64,000 nucleotides of DNA from a bacterium (GCA_963674595.2 CAXXFV010000003.1:288001-352000), one strand, 5' to 3'; positions 21,484 to 31,426 are shown, counted from the first letter of the stretch. Numbers and translations are program-made. The notes: a model not told the origin generated them from the sequence alone.

Positions 21484-22776
21484 ATGGCGTTAAATAAAAA
21501 TGTTGTGGTTGCACAATCCGGTGGTCCATCGCCGGTCATTAATAATACCCTTCGCGGTATTATTGAAACGTGCAAAATGTTTCCAGATAAATTTGACAAA
21601 ATCTATGGCGGATGGCATGGTATTGAAGGCGTTCTGAAAGAAGAACTACTGGATATTACCGCACAAACAGAAGAAGAAATCAGTTTATTAAGAACAACAC
21701 CCGCCGCCGGTTCCATCGGTACATGTCGTTACAAACTGAAAGCAAACCAACAGGAAGATTTTGAACGGGTTGTAGAGGTTTTAAAGGCCCATAATATCGG
21801 CTACTTTTTCTACATCGGTGGTAATGATTCCATGGACACGGCAAACAAAATTGCACAAATAGCCCATGAAAAAGGATTGGACCTGATTGCTGTCGGTGGT
21901 TCCAAAACAATCGATAACGACGTAGGTGATTCCGAATTTAAGCTTGTCGATCACACACCCGGTTATGGTTCTGTCGCCAAATACTGGGCCATGAATGTGC
22001 AAAATGCCAATGAAGAAAACATGGGATCCTGCCCGGCTGATCCTGTGCTTGTTATGCAGGTGATGGGACGAAAAATAGGATTTATTCCCGCCGCAGCTCG
22101 TTTGGCAGATGTAAAACGTGAATTACCATTGCAAATTTATATGCCGGAATCAAACCTTACCCTGGATGAACTGACCGACAATGTAAATGACGAATTAGCC
22201 AAAAGCGGCCGTTGTATTGTTGTTGTTAGTGAAGGATTTGACGTTGGTGATCTTGGTGAAATGAAAGACGGATTCGGTCATACCGAATTCAGCGCCAGCA
22301 TGTTTACCGCGCAGCAGATTATCGTTAACCACCTTAATAAAGTGGGTATCAAAGCAAAAGGCGCTGCCAGAGGTCAGGTTGTTGGAACAGACCAGCGTGA
22401 TACAATGATTTACGCTTCAACGGTTGATTTGGATGAAGCCTACAAAGTCGGACAAAATGCCGTTGTTATCGCTGTTGAACACGGATCCGGTTACATGTCA
22501 ACAATCTTGCGCCGACCTGGATTGATTTACAATGTTGATTTTGACAAGGTCCCGCTTGATGAAGTTGCCAATTCTGAACGGGAATTCCCGAAAAACTGGA
22601 TTACGGAAAATAAAATTGACGTAACAGATGATTTTGTAAAATATGCCCGTCCCTTAATCGGAGAAGAATGGGTCAGCGTACCTGTGATAAACGGTATTCA
22701 ACGTTTTGCACGATTTGCACCCATATTTGCAGACAAAAAACTGCCGGCCTATGTGCCGCAAACAGAACGAAAATAA
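21484..22776 (+). CDS. PfkA-family kinase with PPi-dependent signature (Pfp-like, divergent)
   Basis: AQSGGPSPVINN, GTCRYKL, GGNDS, KTIDND, MGR, VVSEG. Confidence 0.85.
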   Translation: MALNKNVVVAQSGGPSPVINNTLRGIIETCKMFPDKFDKIYGGWHGIEGVLKEELLDITAQTEEEISLLRTTPAAGSIGTCRYKLKANQQEDFERVVEVLKAHNIGYFFYIGGNDSMDTANKIAQIAHEKGLDLIAVGGSKTIDNDVGDSEFKLVDHTPGYGSVAKYWAMNVQNANEENMGSCPADPVLVMQVMGRKIGFIPAAARLADVKRELPLQIYMPESNLTLDELTDNVNDELAKSGRCIVVVSEGFDVGDLGEMKDGFGHTEFSASMFTAQQIIVNHLNKVGIKAKGAARGQVVGTDQRDTMIYASTVDLDEAYKVGQNAVVIAVEHGSGYMSTILRRPGLIYNVDFDKVPLDEVANSEREFPKNWITENKIDVTDDFVKYARPLIGEEWVSVPVINGIQRFARFAPIFADKKLPAYVPQTERK

Positions 22777-22817
22777 AATAACATTTAATATAAGAATTTA
22801 TAAAAAAGGAAAAATAT

Positions 22818-23702
22818 ATGTCAGATCCCCAAGCACCCTTGAAAGATTTGCAGCCAAAACATGAATATTTGGTAGCGATCGACTCGGATGGTTGTGCCTT
22901 TGATACAATGGAAATCAAACACAAAGAATGTTTTATCCCCAATATTATTAAATATTGGGATCTTCAAAGCGTATCCAAATACGCCAGAATGGCGGCCGAA
23001 TTTGTTAACCTGTATTCAAAATGGCGCGGTATTAACCGTTTTCCGGCGTTGACCATGGTTTTTGATCTGCTGCAGGAATGGCCGGATGTTCAAAAACGAC
23101 ATGTTAAAATACCACAGGCACAAGCCGTGCGTGACTGGATAGAACGGGAAACAAAACTGGGAAACCCGGCATTAAAGGCACTTGTTGAAAAAACCAGTGA
23201 TCCGGTACTAACACAAGCCCTTGACTGGAGTGAAGCTGTAAATGCAACCGTAACCGATATGGTGCACGGAGTCCCTCCTTTTCCGTTCGTTAAAGAAAGC
23301 CTGGAAAAAATTTCAGAATGGGCGGACATTATCGTTTGTTCGGCAACCCCAAATGAAGCTTTACAGCGTGAATGGGAAGAACACGACATTGCCAAATACA
23401 CGCGTGTTATTGCAGGCCAGGAAATGGGTAGTAAAAAAGAACATTTAGCTTTTATGACCCAAAATAAATATAAAAGTGATCATGTTCTTATGATTGGCGA
23501 TGCACCGGGAGACCGGAAAGCAGCGGAAGCCAACAATACCCTCTTTTTTCCAATCAAACCCGGTCACGAAGATGAAAGCTGGGAATTCTTTTTAAACAAT
23601 GCCTCGGACAAGTTTAAAAACGGAGCATATACGGCCGAGTATCAGGCAGGGTTAATCAAGGAATTTGAAGCCCTGTTGCCGACGACACCTCCCTGGAAAT
23701 AA
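22818..23702 (+). CDS. HAD-superfamily hydrolase
   Basis: IDSDGCAFD (motif I), CSAT (II), K (III), MIGDAPGD (IV). Confidence 0.85.
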   Translation: MSDPQAPLKDLQPKHEYLVAIDSDGCAFDTMEIKHKECFIPNIIKYWDLQSVSKYARMAAEFVNLYSKWRGINRFPALTMVFDLLQEWPDVQKRHVKIPQAQAVRDWIERETKLGNPALKALVEKTSDPVLTQALDWSEAVNATVTDMVHGVPPFPFVKESLEKISEWADIIVCSATPNEALQREWEEHDIAKYTRVIAGQEMGSKKEHLAFMTQNKYKSDHVLMIGDAPGDRKAAEANNTLFFPIKPGHEDESWEFFLNNASDKFKNGAYTAEYQAGLIKEFEALLPTTPPWK

Positions 23703-23711
23703 TGTTTTATT

Positions 23712-23746
23712 AAAAGCCTTTTCATAATTAATGAAAAGGCTTTTTC
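23712..23746 (+). terminator. Intrinsic terminator closing the hexuronate cluster
   Basis: aaaagccttttcat/atgaaaaggcttttt perfect inverted repeat. Confidence 0.8.
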
Positions 23747-23827
23747 ATTTTAATAATCTTTGTAACTAGAGAAAATTTTGTTATATTTTCCATATATCAC
23801 AAAAATATAACTTTTTTAGGACTCATT

Positions 23828-24553
23828 ATGCAAGATACAATTCTTCCGATTACAGTAAAATCCTACGACTGTTCCCAGGACAAATACCTGACGTTCTATA
23901 ATCTTTTGCAGTACATGCAGGAAGCAGCCTATATCAATGCAAATATATTGGGACTTGGTTTTAAAGAACTCTTACAACAAAATAAATATTGGGTTTTGTC
24001 AAATATAAAACTCGAAATAAAAAAAATGCCGAAATGGGACGACGACATCAAGCTTCAAACCTGGTCCTGTGGCGCCAATAAACTTGTGGCTTTTAGGGAT
24101 TTTTTCATTAAAGACAACAATGACGATATTTTGATCAAAGCTGCCAGTGAATGGCTGACAATAGATGCAACAACACGCAGGCCTCGCCGTTTACAGGAAT
24201 TAAATCTTCCTATTATAACAAGCGACAAACGAGCCATTGATGAAAAACTGCAACGTATAAATCCTTCAACGCTGGAGAATTTGCAAAAAATTTATGAAAT
24301 ATCCGTTCCTTACAGTTCAATCGATGAAAACGGACATGTGAATAATGCGGAATATATTAAATGGGCATTTGACGCATTATATAACAAGCAGATAAAAACC
24401 GAAAACATCGAATCGATTCAAATATCCTATTTAAACGAATTATTAATCAATCAGACAATGGATATCTATTACACTCAGCAGGAAACCTCTGTTGTTCTGG
24501 TCGGGAAAAATGCTGATGACCAAGCCAATATTTTTGCTTTAAAAGTAAATTAA
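23828..24553 (+). CDS. Acyl-ACP thioesterase (FatA/FatB-like double hotdog)
   Basis: YMQEAA, WLTIDATTRRP, SIDENGHVNNAEY. Confidence 0.88.
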   Translation: MQDTILPITVKSYDCSQDKYLTFYNLLQYMQEAAYINANILGLGFKELLQQNKYWVLSNIKLEIKKMPKWDDDIKLQTWSCGANKLVAFRDFFIKDNNDDILIKAASEWLTIDATTRRPRRLQELNLPIITSDKRAIDEKLQRINPSTLENLQKIYEISVPYSSIDENGHVNNAEYIKWAFDALYNKQIKTENIESIQISYLNELLINQTMDIYYTQQETSVVLVGKNADDQANIFALKVN

Positions 24554-24565
24554 AATAAACAGGGT

Positions 24566-26185
24566 ATGCTTCAAAACAGCTTTTTAAAAACTGTCTTTCT
24601 AATGCTCGTTTTTTCGGCCGGGATAATGCTGAGAATGTTGAATATTCAGGCAGATCCACCGGCCGGTGACATCTCTCGGTCCGGTTCCTTTCTTGGTGAT
24701 GAAGGTATTTATACACACAATGCACAGAACTTTTATCTAACGGGACACTGGTATCTTGAGGACAGTTTTAATGCGGCTGTAAACACGCCGTTTTATTTTC
24801 TGTATAACAGCTTTCTTTTTAAAAACTTTGGACAGAGTTTAAAAACTGCACGTATGGGCAGTATTATTACCAGCATTATTTTTATTCTTTGCCTGTTTCT
24901 GTTTGTCAAAAAAATTGAAAATTCTTTTTCATATCTCATACTTTTACTTTTTCTGTTAAATTTTCCACTTTATATCTATAGCAGACTCGCTTTAATGGAA
25001 AATATGCTGCTTCTCTTTAGCTGCATTGCAATACTGGTATTATTTTATTTACACCGGTCTGTTTGGTTCACCATTCTATTTTGGGTAGTGGTTATTACAG
25101 GATATTTGACAAAATCCCTGATTATTTTTCTCGTTCCTGTTTATTTTATCTATCTCTGGTTCGGCTCCATACCCAAAAAACGAAAACATCTATTCATGAC
25201 ATTTTTTGTAATATTGTTATTTATTCCATTGTATTATTTATTTTGGATTCATCCTTATGCAGCGGATTGGCATTATTTCGAACAACTCAATATCGCTTCT
25301 CGGATGTCGTTTTCCATTGTGGAGATTATAAAGAATGTCGCGAGATCAATTATACATTTAAAATTCTATGAATTTATGCCGGTCCTATATACAATCGGTT
25401 TGTATACATTATTTGCACCCGTTACTTTGAAATCCCCAAACATGAAAAAATTTATACTAATCAACCGGATTTGGTTTTTCACAGCATTTGTTTTTCTTGC
25501 CCTGTTCCCCTATTCTCCACCGAGATACTGGCTTGTTGCGATTCCACCTGTAATTATACTTGCTGTGTTGTTTTTACATCAATTCGCAGATCTTTATAGT
25601 AATAATTCAAAAAAAACAGTCTTTATTGTTGCGATGATCGCCCTTTTACAAATATTTTTTGGATTGTACAGGTTTTTCTTTTTAAACCAGCATTATATTA
25701 GTTGTTTTTTGCCGGTGTTAGCATTTTTGCCCCTCTATATCCTTTTTCAAAAAGATTTTTTGAAAAAGCCGGCTTTAAAAAAATTCATTCTAATCAGCGC
25801 TGTCATTCTAATTGCAGGTTTTCAAATTATCTATTATCAATCAACCGTAAAATATTCATTGTTTAATGCGATGAAATCGGTTGAAAATATTATTAAAAAC
25901 GATCCCCAATACCCCAATATTGTCATCGCAGGAGATAATGCATCTTTATTTTCACTTGAATTAAAAACGAAAGCAGTAGATACATTTTACAGACCCAATC
26001 TGTTATCAAAACGTTTTTTGAAAAACAAGCCCGATTATTTAATACTTGAAGATCCGTCGTCACTACCAGATATAAAAAATCGCCTGGGCAGTGATTCCTG
26101 CAAATTTCAAAAGCTGGCTTTATTCACAATTATGAAAAATTATAAACACGGCAAGAACACCCTGTTTTTTAAAATTGTCAATTAA
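24566..26185 (+). CDS. GT-C (ArnT/PMT, family 39-like) membrane glycosyltransferase
   Basis: N-terminal TM then DE motif (GDEGIY), P-x-Y, many TM helices, YSRLALME, PPRY. Confidence 0.7.
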   Translation: MLQNSFLKTVFLMLVFSAGIMLRMLNIQADPPAGDISRSGSFLGDEGIYTHNAQNFYLTGHWYLEDSFNAAVNTPFYFLYNSFLFKNFGQSLKTARMGSIITSIIFILCLFLFVKKIENSFSYLILLLFLLNFPLYIYSRLALMENMLLLFSCIAILVLFYLHRSVWFTILFWVVVITGYLTKSLIIFLVPVYFIYLWFGSIPKKRKHLFMTFFVILLFIPLYYLFWIHPYAADWHYFEQLNIASRMSFSIVEIIKNVARSIIHLKFYEFMPVLYTIGLYTLFAPVTLKSPNMKKFILINRIWFFTAFVFLALFPYSPPRYWLVAIPPVIILAVLFLHQFADLYSNNSKKTVFIVAMIALLQIFFGLYRFFFLNQHYISCFLPVLAFLPLYILFQKDFLKKPALKKFILISAVILIAGFQIIYYQSTVKYSLFNAMKSVENIIKNDPQYPNIVIAGDNASLFSLELKTKAVDTFYRPNLLSKRFLKNKPDYLILEDPSSLPDIKNRLGSDSCKFQKLALFTIMKNYKHGKNTLFFKIVN

Positions 26186-26216
26186 AAAAAATGGCAACTC
26201 TTGAGAGTTGCCATTT
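26184..26216. terminator. Bidirectional intrinsic terminator (stronger U tail on minus strand)
   Basis: aaatggcaactc-ttga-gagttgccattt preceded by an A8 run. Confidence 0.75.
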
Positions 26217-26352
26217 CCTTACCCTTGAAAATTTTGGGATTAGTGAAGGCTTGAAATAATCGGTATTTATTTATAAAACACCTAAAGGAGGAGAGCTTTT
26301 CATTTTAAGAACGAATTTTGTGCAAATATCAAATTACATGCTTGTAAATATC

Positions 26353-26590
26353 AAAAAAAATATGGAAAGGAGCCGCCATATCAACGGCTCCTACCTTGAC
26401 TCAGGTAACGATAATAATTTTGCGCTCAATTAAAATACGAACCTGAAATCCTTCTGCAAAATCTCTTCTCAAACAATATGCACAGCTTTTTAAATTGTTC
26501 AAGGTGATTTTGCATTTCTCCTTATGGCCTCCCGCCTAGAATTCTATTTTTAATATCGTTTGCATTAACGATATACCTAAACCGTTTTAG
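26353..26590 (-). ncRNA. Candidate sRNA or small-ORF transcript
   Basis: TTGACC (26616-26621), extended -10 TGTTAATTT, operator-like CTAAAACGGTTTAG at the start, internal hairpins, terminator aggagccg/cggctcct with U tail. Confidence 0.45.
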
Positions 26591-26666
26591 TAAATTAACA
26601 AAAAATTTTTCTCAAGGTCAAGTAAAAAATGAAAAAAATTTTATTTATTTTTAAATAGTAACAAAC

Positions 26667-27746
26667 TTAGGGGGCTTGACAGGAATTTCTCATAACCAAT
26701 TCCGGTTTCAGGTAGATTTTATCAGATAAATCAGACAAATCCTTTTTTTCAATCTTGTCAATAAGTAACTGAGCCGCCTGAGATCCAATCCGGTCAAGCG
26801 GTTCCCGAACGGTTGTTAATGAAGGTCTGGAATATTCAGCTAAAACGACATCCCCAAATCCGATAACAGACATATCATTTGGGACTTTAATTTTGTTTGC
26901 AGAAAGTATATTAATAACATTTATAGCCATTGGATCATCGAGAACAAACAAAGCCGTGGGACGCTCCTGCAAGGCCAAAATTCGTTTAACCAAATCTTGA
27001 TCAATGTTTGGATGTATATCATTGAATAATATTGCTTCCTCCGGTAATTCAATTCCATGGGATTTTAACGCCTTTAGAGCGCCTTGCAATCGTTCTCGAC
27101 TACTGAACGATTTCAATCCCCGTGCGATAATTGCAATTTTACGATGCCCAAGAGACACTAAATAGTCAATAGCTAATTTAGCGCCGGAAATGTTATCCGT
27201 ACCGACAATCGGTCCTTCCACATTCATGGCTTGACGCCAAATATTAACAAATTCCATTTTTCGTTCTTTAAGTTCCCGGACTTTTTGTGCTAATTTTTCA
27301 TCAAGATAATCGGCAGTAAATATCACAACACCATCAACATGGCGCTCGGAAATTAAATGCGCATACGAATCGGATAAACGCGGATCTGTGATAATTTCCT
27401 CATTAAATATCATCAGGTTGTATGATTTTTTTTGTGCCATTTCAACAATCCCCTTCATGACGCCAAAGGAATAGGCACTGTCGAACAAATCAACGGCACT
27501 GGGTGTAATTATTCCGATGGCAAAGGCACGGTTCAGGGAAAAAGCTCTTGCCAGCCTGTTCGGCACATAATTTAATTCTTTGGCAGCAGCAATGACCCGT
27601 TCACGAGTGGCTTCACTTATCCGTATAGGACTTTTTCGCTGGTTAAGAATGATAGAGACGGTTGCTTTACTGACGTTCGCTTTTTCAGCAATATCAGCCA
27701 GGGTTGGCAGAATACCATGGCCTTCATTTTTTCTGTTATTTCTCAT
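26667..27746 (-). CDS. LacI-family transcriptional regulator
   Basis: TLADIAEKANVSKATVS, YVPNRLARAF, LGHRKIA, PSLTTV. Confidence 0.95.
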   Translation of the reverse strand: MRNNRKNEGHGILPTLADIAEKANVSKATVSIILNQRKSPIRISEATRERVIAAAKELNYVPNRLARAFSLNRAFAIGIITPSAVDLFDSAYSFGVMKGIVEMAQKKSYNLMIFNEEIITDPRLSDSYAHLISERHVDGVVIFTADYLDEKLAQKVRELKERKMEFVNIWRQAMNVEGPIVGTDNISGAKLAIDYLVSLGHRKIAIIARGLKSFSSRERLQGALKALKSHGIELPEEAILFNDIHPNIDQDLVKRILALQERPTALFVLDDPMAINVINILSANKIKVPNDMSVIGFGDVVLAEYSRPSLTTVREPLDRIGSQAAQLLIDKIEKKDLSDLSDKIYLKPELVMRNSCQAP

Positions 27747-28049
27747 TTCCCTCCTGCTACTTAAGAATTCATATACCTCCTATATTGGTGATACTTTTTT
27801 TTCACAATACAGGTCATATCTATTTATTCTCAGCATGAATTAAAATAACGTTAATTAAAGCACAAAAACAAGAGTTTCTGTTTTGCCGTACTATGTAAAA
27901 CGTCAAGTAACTAAATTTAATTAAAAAAATTAAATTGAATAATTCAATCTTTTTTTAAAATAGTTACTGAAAATATCATTCATGACGAAACGTGCATCCG
28001 CGGACGCGAAATAGTTATTAATTATAGTATTTTTTTTATAAATTATCGA

Positions 28050-29879
28050 ATGGACAATGATAAACAAAAAATAGAACTTTTGGCGCCTGCCAAAGATCTG
28101 GATACCGGCATAGCAGCCATTAATTGCGGAGCAGATGCTGTTTATGTCGGTGCACCACAATTTAGTGCACGTGAGAAGGCCGGTAATTCCATTGAAAATA
28201 TCGAAAAACTGGTAAACTATGCGCATCAATATTACGCCAGGGTATACATAACACTTAATACGATCCTTAATGACAGCGAGTTACTACAGGCGGTTCAGCT
28301 TGTACATAATTTGTATAATATTGGGGTTGATGCGATAATTATTCAAGATATGGGATTTTTGGAGCATAATTTACCACCAATTCCCTTATTTGCCAGCACT
28401 CAAACACACAATATATCAGCAGAAAAAATTTCCTTTCTGCACAAAGTCGGTTTTCAGCGTGTCATTCTGGGCCGTGAGTTAAGCCTTGAGGAAATTAAAA
28501 ACATCCATTCCATAACAGACATTGAGCTGGAGTGTTTTGTCCACGGTGCAGTGTGCGTCTCCTACAGCGGTCAATGTTACATGAGTTACGCAATCGGCGG
28601 TCGCAGCGGCAATCGCGGACAATGCGCTCAACCCTGCCGTAAAAAATACAGTTTACGCGACAGCACCGGTCAAATACTCGTAAATAACAGTCATCTGTTA
28701 TCGCTGAAAGATATGAACCGGTCCAATCACCTGCGAGAGCTTGTTGACTCCGGTATCACTTCGTTTAAAATTGAAGGGCGCCTGAAAGATAAACAATATG
28801 TGATGAATATCGTCAGTTTTTACCGCAACGAGTTGGATAAAATATTACACCAAATCGGAAAAGAAAAAAGTTCTTCAGGCATATCACATCCTGATTTCAG
28901 GGCACACCCGGATAAAACATTTAACCGTCAGTATTCGGACTATTTTCTAAACGGCCGGACAAAATCACTTGCCAATTTCAGTACACCAAAATCCATGGGA
29001 GAAAAAATAGGTACGGTAAAAGGCATCACTAAAGAATATTTTACCTTAAAAGAAAAGCACGATCTGGACAAGGGAGATGGCATTTGTTTTATTGATTCCA
29101 GTGGAGACCTCTGCGGCACGACCATCAATAAAATCGACGGTGAAAAGGTGTTTCCGCAAAAAATATCAGAACTGGCACAAAATCTGACAATTTACCGAAA
29201 CTATAACCATGAGTTCGCCACACAACTTGGAAAAAGTCGTACCATCAGAAAAATTTCTACCACTTTATACTGTGAAATAAATGAAAAAAATATAATTTTT
29301 AAAGCCCGGGATGAGGATAATAATCAGGTATCGCTGACTTTTAAGAACAATTTCGAAACCGCCAAAAATCAACAGGGCGTTTTGGATACAATTAGAAAAC
29401 AATTTTTAAAATCCGGAAATACAATTTTTGAAACAACAATAGAAATAACAGCAACTCCCCCCTATCCGTTCATCCCTGTTAAAATTTTAAACGATATGAG
29501 ACGTTCACTGTTGGAGGAGCTGTTAAAAACAAGGATGGAAAGCTATTCGCAGCAAATCCGAATTAAAAAAACGATGCCTGTTGATTATCCGGAGAAAAAT
29601 TTATCCTACCGTGCAAATATTTTTAATGAAAAAGCCAAAGCTTTTTATAAAAATCATGGTGTGCAAAATATTGAACCGGCAGCAGAAACAGGCTTGTTAT
29701 TAAATGGCAAAAAGGTCATGACCACAAAATATTGCTTACGTTATGAACTGGGACTATGTGGTCAAAAACTAAATGAACCGTTATATCTGGTTGATGAAAA
29801 AGGACAACCTTTTGAGTTGTCCTTTGACTGTAAAAAATGCGAAATGAATATTTACTTTGGCGATAAAAACGACTCATGA
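28050..29879 (+). CDS. U32-family protein with DUF3656, RlhA-like (23S rRNA hydroxylation)
   Basis: ELLAPA, GADAVYVG, HGAVCVSYSGQC, NRGQCAQPCR, FKIEGRLK; ~600-aa length. Confidence 0.85.
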   Translation: MDNDKQKIELLAPAKDLDTGIAAINCGADAVYVGAPQFSAREKAGNSIENIEKLVNYAHQYYARVYITLNTILNDSELLQAVQLVHNLYNIGVDAIIIQDMGFLEHNLPPIPLFASTQTHNISAEKISFLHKVGFQRVILGRELSLEEIKNIHSITDIELECFVHGAVCVSYSGQCYMSYAIGGRSGNRGQCAQPCRKKYSLRDSTGQILVNNSHLLSLKDMNRSNHLRELVDSGITSFKIEGRLKDKQYVMNIVSFYRNELDKILHQIGKEKSSSGISHPDFRAHPDKTFNRQYSDYFLNGRTKSLANFSTPKSMGEKIGTVKGITKEYFTLKEKHDLDKGDGICFIDSSGDLCGTTINKIDGEKVFPQKISELAQNLTIYRNYNHEFATQLGKSRTIRKISTTLYCEINEKNIIFKARDEDNNQVSLTFKNNFETAKNQQGVLDTIRKQFLKSGNTIFETTIEITATPPYPFIPVKILNDMRRSLLEELLKTRMESYSQQIRIKKTMPVDYPEKNLSYRANIFNEKAKAFYKNHGVQNIEPAAETGLLLNGKKVMTTKYCLRYELGLCGQKLNEPLYLVDEKGQPFELSFDCKKCEMNIYFGDKNDS

Positions 29880-29889
29880 CATAAAACAA

Positions 29890-31338
29890 TCATGACCAGG
29901 TTATAATCGCGCCTGCTTTTTCCAATTCATTTTTCAACTCAGTAATATTGACCTGAGAAAATCCAATATTTTTAGAAATAACCTGCGCAGCCGCTTTGCC
30001 GGCCGCCTCGCCCATGGCCATACAAGGCGCCATGACACGAAGAGGTCCCATGACCGGACGTTCAACACTGACAGCCCGCCCCGGACAGATTAAATTTTTT
30101 ACAGGCTGGGGGACCAGAATTCGATAAGGAATCGACGTCACCTCTTTTCTTTGCCCATGTTCCGGATTCACGCTGGGCTTTTTGGGGTCCGGCAGGTCCC
30201 AGCAGTAAGCAGAAAAACCGATGGTATCTTTAAACTCTTTACCCGTGTTTAAATCTTTTACTGTCAATATATAATTTCCAATAATACGCCGGGTTTCACG
30301 AACACCCAGCACAGGGGCTACAGCTCTGATTTTAGCGTTTTTGAATCCGGGAAAATGTTTTTTCATTTTTTCCAAAAGCAGAAATGTTTCTTCCCGCCCC
30401 TTAACCAGGGCTTCCGAAACAGACCGGCCGTCAGTACCATCCACACCGACAAGCCTGGACGTATTGATCATCATCGTACCTTTTTCATGCAGTTGGACAC
30501 TGATAAAAATGTCATAAGGAAAAGGCCATTCACCCATTTTACGCAACTGTTTAATTTTTTCCCGAAATCGCCGGGAATTATTTTCATGGATATAATCGGA
30601 TAGCGCATCCTGATCAACATTGTATACGTGAAATTGCAACGTAGCCGCCGCCATTAAATGGTCCTCATCACGTCCCTTGACGTATTGACAATTGCTTTTG
30701 GCTGCAATATCGCCATCGCCGGTCGCATCGATAAAAGCATCAGCCGGTACAGCGGCAAAACCGCTTTTGTTATAAATTATAACATATTTAATAAGGTCAT
30801 TTTCCAAAACGACATCAACAACATTTGTGGATAATAGAAAGTCAATTTTTTCGTTATTAATTTTTTCATCTAAAAACCTGGCCATTGCAAAAGGATCGAA
30901 CGGCACCCCGGCTGTCAGTTGACCGGCATGGCTCCATCCATGGGCTGAAAGTCTGCCGTTTTTTAAAGGTTTTGGTAATAATGCAATTTTAGCGTCCGCT
31001 GCTTCGGTGGCCATTTCTTTAAAAATTCCGCCTACCACCCATCGTTGACAGTCATCCGTCCTGCCGCCCAGCCAATGGGAAACAAGTGCAGAAACACCCA
31101 CACCGCCAAATTGCCCCTGAGCCTCAACCAGCAAAACGTTTAAACCGCTTCTCTTTGCCGAAATGGCAGCCGCAACCCCGGATGGTCCGGCGCCGCAAAC
31201 AACGACATCATATTTTTCGGAAACAGGAACATTCCTTTGAAAATTCAATCCATTGGATGATTTTGAACGGGAACATGAATTAAAAGTGAGTAAACTTCCA
31301 ACTCCGGCAGATGCATATAAAAACTGTCTTCGATTCAT
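29890..31338 (-). CDS. Tat-exported FAD-dependent oxidoreductase (lipoprotein)
   Basis: MNRRQFL twin-arginine signal with FNSC, GAGPSG, DATGDGD, GVRETRRI, RVMAPCMAMGEAAG. Confidence 0.85.
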   Translation of the reverse strand: MNRRQFLYASAGVGSLLTFNSCSRSKSSNGLNFQRNVPVSEKYDVVVCGAGPSGVAAAISAKRSGLNVLLVEAQGQFGGVGVSALVSHWLGGRTDDCQRWVVGGIFKEMATEAADAKIALLPKPLKNGRLSAHGWSHAGQLTAGVPFDPFAMARFLDEKINNEKIDFLLSTNVVDVVLENDLIKYVIIYNKSGFAAVPADAFIDATGDGDIAAKSNCQYVKGRDEDHLMAAATLQFHVYNVDQDALSDYIHENNSRRFREKIKQLRKMGEWPFPYDIFISVQLHEKGTMMINTSRLVGVDGTDGRSVSEALVKGREETFLLLEKMKKHFPGFKNAKIRAVAPVLGVRETRRIIGNYILTVKDLNTGKEFKDTIGFSAYCWDLPDPKKPSVNPEHGQRKEVTSIPYRILVPQPVKNLICPGRAVSVERPVMGPLRVMAPCMAMGEAAGKAAAQVISKNIGFSQVNITELKNELEKAGAIITWS

Positions 31339-31426
31339 TTCACACTTTCCGTTATTTTTTTCTTTTATTACATTAATTTTTATATCTTTTAAGTTAAAAA
31401 AAATATCAAACAATACCAGCAAAATT

